Under the pieces are notes generated by a model. That model was not told where the DNA came from and did no database searches. It was given only the letters and a program-made list of their open reading frames with translations. From Candidatus Gottesmanbacteria bacterium (GTDB lineage Bacteria > Patescibacteriota > Microgenomatia > UBA10105 > UBA927), in assembly GCA_023245355.1 (NCBI GenBank), contig JAHFKN010000001.1:75528-139527 (forward strand): a stretch of 64,000 nt of DNA. Reading direction: 5' to 3'. This document shows positions 57,821-64,000 of this stretch, one piece after another; position 1 is the stretch's first letter; every line of letters starts with the position of its first letter. The position numbers and the translations under genes are program-made.

Positions 57821-58564
57821 ATGGGAACACTCTATATCGTATCGACTCCGATAGGGAATCTCTCTGACATCAGCATACGCGCCCTCGAGACGCTGTTTTC
57901 GGTCGACATAATTGCCTGTGAGGACACACGGCGTGCCGGAATGCTGATGTCCGAACTGAACAAACGGTACGGATCGTCTCCGGAGTTTGTTGCCCGCCTG
58001 CAGCAGGGAAATACGAGTCCCAGACTGCTTCGCTATGACGATAGGACCGAGCAAACAGTGACGCCGCAACTTCTGGACGCATTAAATGAGGGTAAATCTG
58101 TCGCACTGATATCCGATGCCGGAACGCCGCTTATCTCCGATCCGGGATACATTTTAATACGGGAAGCGAGAAAACACGCGGCTGCTGTCGTCAGTATTCC
58201 GGGAGCCTCTGCCGTGCTGACTGCCCTTACGGGATCCGGGCTTCCCGCAAACACGTTTTTTTACCTCGGATATCCGCCGGAAAAGCAATCCAGGCGTATC
58301 AAATTATTCCGTTCCCTGCATGACGTTCATGCGCTCATCGATACGACCTATGTGCTGTATTGTGCACCGCATAAATTAGCGTCAACACTCGGCGATTTGG
58401 AGCTCGCGTTAGGAAACGCACAAATCGCAATCGCCCGTGAACTTACCAAACTGCATGAGGAATACTGGACAGGGAGCATTTCTGACGCGTTGACGTATTT
58501 TCAAAATCCCAAGGGAGAATTCGTATTGCTATTTCATCTGCCTGATACCGTAACTAACGGATAA
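57821..58564 (+). CDS. rsmI: 16S rRNA C1402 2'-O-methyltransferase
   Basis: LYIVSTPIGNL.D, CEDTR, SDAGTP.ISDPG, ARELTK.HEE. Confidence 0.92.
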   Translation: MGTLYIVSTPIGNLSDISIRALETLFSVDIIACEDTRRAGMLMSELNKRYGSSPEFVARLQQGNTSPRLLRYDDRTEQTVTPQLLDALNEGKSVALISDAGTPLISDPGYILIREARKHAAAVVSIPGASAVLTALTGSGLPANTFFYLGYPPEKQSRRIKLFRSLHDVHALIDTTYVLYCAPHKLASTLGDLELALGNAQIAIARELTKLHEEYWTGSISDALTYFQNPKGEFVLLFHLPDTVTNG

Positions 58565-58573
58565 CACGCGTAT

Positions 58574-58882
58574 ATGGGATTTGCAGAACGCAGGAAACGG
58601 GGACCGCACTGGTACGATACTACCCGGGTGCCGCCGGGAGGAGATGCCGGGTATTATTTCGTTCTCCACAGAAATATAGACAGCTTGCGGTATAAACTCG
58701 GGAGGCTTCCTCTTTCACGCCGGCAGGAACTTGTGCCCGAAATTGAACGCGAACTTGAACAGCTTGCCGATTTTCTGACAGAATACCGGATGGATAAAGA
58801 CAAAGATTTGGAGTTAACACTTGCCGAAGTTAATCCCTGGCTTCCGGGTTTTGAAATCCAACAGAGACCGAAGCGGCGCTAA
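58574..58882 (+). CDS. Hypothetical protein
   Basis: 102-aa ORF filling gap after rsmI. Confidence 0.5.
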   Translation: MGFAERRKRGPHWYDTTRVPPGGDAGYYFVLHRNIDSLRYKLGRLPLSRRQELVPEIERELEQLADFLTEYRMDKDKDLELTLAEVNPWLPGFEIQQRPKRR

Positions 58883-60609
58883 TAATCTTCCAGTGTGGAC
58901 GTATCTCCCACAGGCAGACCGAGTTCCTTCGCCTTGAGAATACGGCGCATTATTTTGCCGGATCGTGTTTTGGGAAGTTTGTCGATAAATTCGATTTCCC
59001 TAGGATACGCGTGTCCTGCCAGATGTTTTTTCACATACTGAGACAACTCTTCCTTTAGTTTTTCCTGTGCGGCCTTCGTTTTCGTAGATTCCAGTACGGA
59101 CTTTTCCAGCACGACAAATGCCTTTATGATCTCCCCGCGCATGGCATCGGGTTTGCCGATTACTCCTGCTTCAACAACTGCAGGGTGGGCGACCAGAGCA
59201 GATTCGACTTCAAAGGGCCCTACGCGCTCTCCTGAGGTCTTAATGACGTCATCTGCGCGGCCTATAAACCAGAAATATCCGTCCTTATCCAGCATGCCCC
59301 GGTCACCGCTTAAGTACCAGCCGTTGGTAAAATAACTCTGATATTTCTGCGGACGGCGCCAGATCGTATGCATCATGGACGGCCACTTGGGTTTCAGTGC
59401 GATATTACCTTCCTTGTTTATACCCAGATCCTGTCCCTTATCGTCGACAATCGAGGCGGTGAGTCCCGGTACGGGTTTGCCCATGGAGCCGATTTTAATA
59501 TCCATACACGGATAATTCGCGATACAGATCGCTCCTGTCTCCGTCTGCCACCAGGTATCGTGAAATGCGAGTCCGAAGACCTTAAGTCCCCAGCGGATGG
59601 CCTCCGGGTTGAGCGGTTCTCCGACGGAGCACAGGTGCCGCAGATGCGACAGATTATGCTTCTTTACGAGATCCTGTCCGGCTGCCATCAGCATGCGGAT
59701 TGCCGTGGGAGCGGTATACCACACGGTTACGTTGTATTTATCAAGCAGCGTGTACCACCGGTCAGGGTCGAAACGGCCGGCATACACGAGTGCTGCAACT
59801 CCGTTGCTCCAACTCCCGAGTATTTCATACGCGATCCCCGTAACCCACCCCGGGTCCGCCGTACACCAATACGTATCCTCGTCGCGTAAATCCAGTACCC
59901 ATCTGGCCGTCATGTGTTCCTGTACAACTGCGCGGTGCGAGTGAACGACGCCTTTGGGCTTTCCGGTCGTGCCGGAGGTGTACAGCATAAACGCATAGTC
60001 ATCGGGATCCGTCTGTGCAATATGTAACACATCGGATGATTTTTCAACGCTTTTTGTAAACGTGGGCTCGTCTACCACGAGAATATGTTTGAGCTCAGGT
60101 AATTTCTTGCGTATTGCATCTACCCTGCTTTTGAGGTCACGCGTCGTAAGCAGGACCTTAGCACCCGAATTTTCCAGGCGGTCACACAGCGCCTGTTCCT
60201 GAAACGCGCTGAATAGCGTGCCGGCGATTGCACCGATTTTTAATATTCCCAGGAAAGAAAAATACAATTCAGGAATCCGCGGGAGGAACAGAAACACCCG
60301 ATCTCCCCGCTCGACTCCGAAATCCTTAAGAAGATTGCCGACTTTATTAGACAGAAGCGACAATTCGTCAAACGTATACTTTTTTTCGTTTCCTGCTTCG
60401 TCTTCCCAGTACAGCGCGACTTTGTTCTTGCGCCACGTCTGCACATGCCTGTCTACGGCGTTGTATGCTGCATTCAGACTTCCGTCAAACCAGTCCACAT
60501 ACGGGCGTGCATCTTTCCATGTAAATTCCGATGCTACTTTGGCGTAGTCATCGAGGTTCGGTGCATGGTCGCCCGTTTGTTTCTTTTTTTTGTAAATTTC
60601 TTCCTTCAT
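58879..60609 (-). CDS. acsA: Acetyl-CoA synthetase (AMP-forming)
   Basis: YTSGTTGKPKG, WCTADPGWVTG, DTWWQTETG, PKTRSGKIMRR. Confidence 0.93.
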   Translation of the reverse strand: MKEEIYKKKKQTGDHAPNLDDYAKVASEFTWKDARPYVDWFDGSLNAAYNAVDRHVQTWRKNKVALYWEDEAGNEKKYTFDELSLLSNKVGNLLKDFGVERGDRVFLFLPRIPELYFSFLGILKIGAIAGTLFSAFQEQALCDRLENSGAKVLLTTRDLKSRVDAIRKKLPELKHILVVDEPTFTKSVEKSSDVLHIAQTDPDDYAFMLYTSGTTGKPKGVVHSHRAVVQEHMTARWVLDLRDEDTYWCTADPGWVTGIAYEILGSWSNGVAALVYAGRFDPDRWYTLLDKYNVTVWYTAPTAIRMLMAAGQDLVKKHNLSHLRHLCSVGEPLNPEAIRWGLKVFGLAFHDTWWQTETGAICIANYPCMDIKIGSMGKPVPGLTASIVDDKGQDLGINKEGNIALKPKWPSMMHTIWRRPQKYQSYFTNGWYLSGDRGMLDKDGYFWFIGRADDVIKTSGERVGPFEVESALVAHPAVVEAGVIGKPDAMRGEIIKAFVVLEKSVLESTKTKAAQEKLKEELSQYVKKHLAGHAYPREIEFIDKLPKTRSGKIMRRILKAKELGLPVGDTSTLEDY

Positions 60610-61721
60610 TTGGCAGGTTCGTCACGTTTTACAAACTTTGCATCCAGGCGCTTCAGGTTTTCCATCACTCCCGTGTACTCCATTTCATCCTGAGGGCCCA
60701 TGGCGGGATTGAAAAATCCCTGTTCGCGCATGGCAAGCGTTTTCTTGGACGCCTTTTCCCGGATGACGTCCCAGAACGGCTGGTCAAACAGATCGACCGC
60801 TTCCGTAAGCTTTCCTTCATGTACGCAGTATCCTGCTGCCGACATGATCGTCGGGCCGTCAAAGAAAGAAATAATCGTATTCTGCTTCACCGGCATGACG
60901 GCAACATGGTGACTGCCCCGGTTATCGCCGAGCGTGAACTGCGCCAGCGCCCACGGAGAGAGGATTTCTCCTGTGGACGGAAATTGTTTCTGACTCCGCA
61001 CGATTGCTACCGGATCGTCTTTTCCCACGTATTTACCGGCGATATTGTGGAGCCGGCTGGTACTGGCTACTGCGGCCGTAAGCCCCGTGGCGTTTTCCAC
61101 GACGGACTCAATGATGTACCGGTTGGGATCGCGCAGCAAGCACGCAATATCGTAATAATCATTCGGAACCTTGAGCGTGATCACCTTGTCGTTTTCCGTA
61201 TGATTTACATCCATGATATGGAAGGTAAATCCCGCCTGCATATCAGGAGCAAGCAGCAGACCGGCATTGTGATACGGATCTGCGTGTGCCGAAAACAGCG
61301 GGTGGTTAAATACTCCCGGACCGCACTTGTCTCCCGCAAACACGATAAACGGTTCTGCGGGGCGCTCTTCAATTTCCATTTCGGCACTCCCCGGGCCCAT
61401 GCCTCGGACATTACCCGAAAATGCGTCTTTGAGTAAATCCTGACCCGCGCCGTAGAGCCCCTGGCTCTTAGCTACTTTGGTCGTTTCGACAAACGTGTCC
61501 CATGCAAATTTATGCACATCGCTGTTGTCAGTACCCCGTGTGTGCGTCATCAGCAGTGCGATGTCGTCACCCGTAAACGTCACGTGTCCGTCGATAAGCA
61601 GCTTGCTTTTTATCGCCTCCGCTACGCGTTCTTTGGCCTTTGCCACCATGGCGTCGCTGGGACGGTTGTGTCCCCCTACGGATCCTGTGTCAGCCTTAAT
61701 AACAGATATGGTCACTTTCAT
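60606..61721 (-). CDS. fbp: Bifunctional fructose-1,6-bisphosphate aldolase/phosphatase (class V FBPase)
   Basis: SVIKAD.G..GGH, GDD, GLYGAGQDLL.DAFSGNVRG.GPG, YVGKDDP, RGSH, MEYT. Confidence 0.92.
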   Translation of the reverse strand: MKVTISVIKADTGSVGGHNRPSDAMVAKAKERVAEAIKSKLLIDGHVTFTGDDIALLMTHTRGTDNSDVHKFAWDTFVETTKVAKSQGLYGAGQDLLKDAFSGNVRGMGPGSAEMEIEERPAEPFIVFAGDKCGPGVFNHPLFSAHADPYHNAGLLLAPDMQAGFTFHIMDVNHTENDKVITLKVPNDYYDIACLLRDPNRYIIESVVENATGLTAAVASTSRLHNIAGKYVGKDDPVAIVRSQKQFPSTGEILSPWALAQFTLGDNRGSHHVAVMPVKQNTIISFFDGPTIMSAAGYCVHEGKLTEAVDLFDQPFWDVIREKASKKTLAMREQGFFNPAMGPQDEMEYTGVMENLKRLDAKFVKRDEPAK

Positions 61722-61737
61722 GAGCGACCTCCTTTCT

Positions 61738-63372
61738 CTACGCTAAATCAGCTAATAAATTTTTACCCGTCATTTCGTGTGGTACAGATAAACCTAACAT
61801 AGATAGTATGGTAGGCGCGATATCGGCAAGCCTGCCGGCCGGAAGTAGTATAGGACGATTTTCGAGTGCTTTGTCCACCATGATGCAAGGGACAGGAAAC
61901 ATTGAATGCTCGGTATCCATTTCACCATTCGGACCGATCATTTCTTCCACATTACCATGATCCGCAGTGATGATGCAAGCACCTCCCAGCGTAAGTGCAA
62001 GTGACGTAATTTTCCCGACGCATTCATCCACGATCTGACATGCTTTTACCGCGGCCGGAATGTTGCCTGTGTGACCTACCATATCCGGATTTGCAAAATT
62101 AACCGCGATAAACGAATACACGTTGCTTGTCATGCGGTCGAGCACCCTGGTCGTTAACTCCGGGGCCGACATTTCCGGCTGGAGGTCGTAGGTTGCAACT
62201 TTCGGGGACGGGATGATCAGATGATCTTCCTGGGGAAACTGCCCTTCGCGCATCCCGTTAAAATAGTACCCGATAAACCGTTCCTTCTCTGTTTCGGATA
62301 CACGCAGCTGACGCATGCCCGCTTCCGAAAACAATTGACCGAGCGGACGTTCTATCTGATGCAGAGGGAACGCCACAACACACGGACTCGGACGTTCGTA
62401 TTCCGTCATGGTGACAAAAAACAGCTCAGAAAGTATCACCCGCCGGGTAAACGGTTTTTTCCGCGTGTCTTCCTCCACTAAATGTTTGTGATAATACTTG
62501 ACCGCATACGGATCAAAACTTTCAGCCGTCTTGTGCGTTTCAAAATCCGAAAGGGTAAATGCGCGGGTAAGCTGTCGCGGCCGGTCGATACGGTAGTTAT
62601 AGAATATAACGGCATCGTGCGCGCTGATTCTGGGCATGGGAATACCTTTGGAGTCGCAGATAACGGTAGGTTCGATAAATTCATCCGTTATACCAGCGGC
62701 ATAACTGGCTTCTATAGCAGCGCTTGCCGATTTTGCTTTGTTGGGAATATCTTCGGTCAGCGCCTGATACGCACGCGCCGTTCTGTCCCATCTGCGGTCT
62801 CTGTCCATCGCATAATACCTGCCCATGATTGTCGCTATCTGCCCGTGGCCGATTTGTGCGAGCTTGGCCTCCATTTCATGAATAAACCTAAGCCCTGCTT
62901 TCGGAGGGGAATCGCGTCCGTCCGTGAATAAATGCAGATATACGGGACAGGGACACTGATTTCTCCGCATAAGCTCCAACAACGCATACAAATGGTCGCG
63001 GCTCGCGTGAACTCCCGAATCGGACAATAATCCCATCAGGTGGATACGGGATTGGTGGGAATGGGCATAGGCCATGGCTCCCAAAAACGCGTCGTTTTTA
63101 AAGAAACTCTGATCGGAAATCGACATGTTTATCCGCGGCAGATCCTGATATACCACTCTGCCGGCTCCCATATTTATATGACCGGTCTCCGTATTTCCGT
63201 CTTCTCCTGCCGGAAGACCGACCGCTTCTTCCGATGCGGATAACTGAGCATGAGGGTAGCGGAGCCATAATGAGGGAATATGGGTAAGGTGAGCCTGTGA
63301 GATGGCGTTTCCCGGCCCCGGGGGAGCCAAGCCCCACCCGTCCAGGATAATCAATACAAACGGTTTCGGCAT
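61738..63372 (-). CDS. gpmI: 2,3-BPG-independent phosphoglycerate mutase
   Basis: ILDGWG, GRYYAMDRD.RW, ETEK, NPDMVGHTG, TADHGN. Confidence 0.95.
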   Translation of the reverse strand: MPKPFVLIILDGWGLAPPGPGNAISQAHLTHIPSLWLRYPHAQLSASEEAVGLPAGEDGNTETGHINMGAGRVVYQDLPRINMSISDQSFFKNDAFLGAMAYAHSHQSRIHLMGLLSDSGVHASRDHLYALLELMRRNQCPCPVYLHLFTDGRDSPPKAGLRFIHEMEAKLAQIGHGQIATIMGRYYAMDRDRRWDRTARAYQALTEDIPNKAKSASAAIEASYAAGITDEFIEPTVICDSKGIPMPRISAHDAVIFYNYRIDRPRQLTRAFTLSDFETHKTAESFDPYAVKYYHKHLVEEDTRKKPFTRRVILSELFFVTMTEYERPSPCVVAFPLHQIERPLGQLFSEAGMRQLRVSETEKERFIGYYFNGMREGQFPQEDHLIIPSPKVATYDLQPEMSAPELTTRVLDRMTSNVYSFIAVNFANPDMVGHTGNIPAAVKACQIVDECVGKITSLALTLGGACIITADHGNVEEMIGPNGEMDTEHSMFPVPCIMVDKALENRPILLPAGRLADIAPTILSMLGLSVPHEMTGKNLLADLA

Positions 63373-63375
63373 AGG

Positions 63376-64000
63376 TTAGCTGGTTGTGCTCACGACCCGC
63401 GATGCGGCAAGCTCTGATTCTATCTGCAGCAGTCTGTTGTATTTGGCGACACGTTCGCCTCTGGCAGGGGCTCCGAATTTGACATAGTCAGACTGCACGC
63501 CGACAGCCAGGTCAGCGATAAAGCTATCGTTGGTTTCTCCGCTTCGGTGCGAAACGATTGTTTTTATATCTGCCTGCTTGGCGATAGCTATAACCCCGAA
63601 AAATTCCGAAAGCGAGCCTATCTGATTAGGTTTGGCTAAAATCGCCGAGCATGCACCCTCTTTTATGGCGCGGCGTAACCGTTCAGGATTGGTGGCCAGT
63701 AAATCATCGCCGACGACCAATACGTCTTTGCCGATCTCTTTGGAGAGTTCTACCCAATGCTCCCAATCATCCTCATCAAGCGGATCTTCCAGAATAAGCA
63801 GACGGTATTGCTTATGAAGCTCTACCAGATATTTAGTGAAATCCGTGCTCGATAGGGCTGCCGGTTTATCTTTAATTTTATACCCGCCGCGTTCCTGATG
63901 AAATGTTGATGCGGCAAGATCCAGACCGAAAAATACATCCACACCGAATGCATACGGGCTGGCCTTTATGGCTTCTCTTAGGATTTCCAGTGCATCCAGA
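63376..64000 (-). CDS. eno: Enolase (5' part outside window)
   Basis: GDDL, KPNQIG, SHRSGET, K.GAPARGERVAKYN. Confidence 0.95.
   Translation of the reverse strand, partial: LDALEILREAIKASPYAFGVDVFFGLDLAASTFHQERGGYKIKDKPAALSSTDFTKYLVELHKQYRLLILEDPLDEDDWEHWVELSKEIGKDVLVVGDDLLATNPERLRRAIKEGACSAILAKPNQIGSLSEFFGVIAIAKQADIKTIVSHRSGETNDSFIADLAVGVQSDYVKFGAPARGERVAKYNRLLQIESELAASRVVSTTS

Noticed and set aside
8829-61436. Long antisense ORFs such as 8829-9554, 52460-53377 and 60531-61436
   Set aside because: Shadows of well-supported opposite-strand genes, with no recognisable motifs.

Overview
Bacterial chromosome segment in genetic code 11. The gene set and compact layout suggest Patescibacteria/CPR, probably Microgenomates (inference). 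The host backbone holds a 2079-aa LPxTG-type surface protein, tig, cell-wall hydrolase paralogs, folate and repair genes, secG-yvcK, uvrB-uvrA-uvrC divergent from lexA, an eno-gpmI-FBP aldolase/phosphatase-acs operon and 15 intact tRNAs. Two systems stand out. (1) A visibly AT-richer ~18 kb integrative conjugative element (22856-40822) sits at the 3' end of tRNA-Leu(GAG). Its serine recombinase gene is split by integration: rejoining the ends at a shared TGTGC core adds a 35-aa C-terminus whose stop overlaps (ATGA) the start of a PLD-nuclease gene. It also carries a minimal T4SS, a Replic_Relax relaxase, a coupling protein and an RloC-like/NERD cargo. (2) Several tRNA loci are remodelled. A GIY-YIG nuclease plus tRNA-Val(CAC) cassette is flanked by a 32-bp direct repeat inside a split tRNA-like gene, and two different tRNA bodies have their 17-nt anticodon arm replaced by a CCGAT-N3-ATCGG palindrome. 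No rRNA or CRISPR array was seen. All family calls are from motif recognition by eye; no searches were run.
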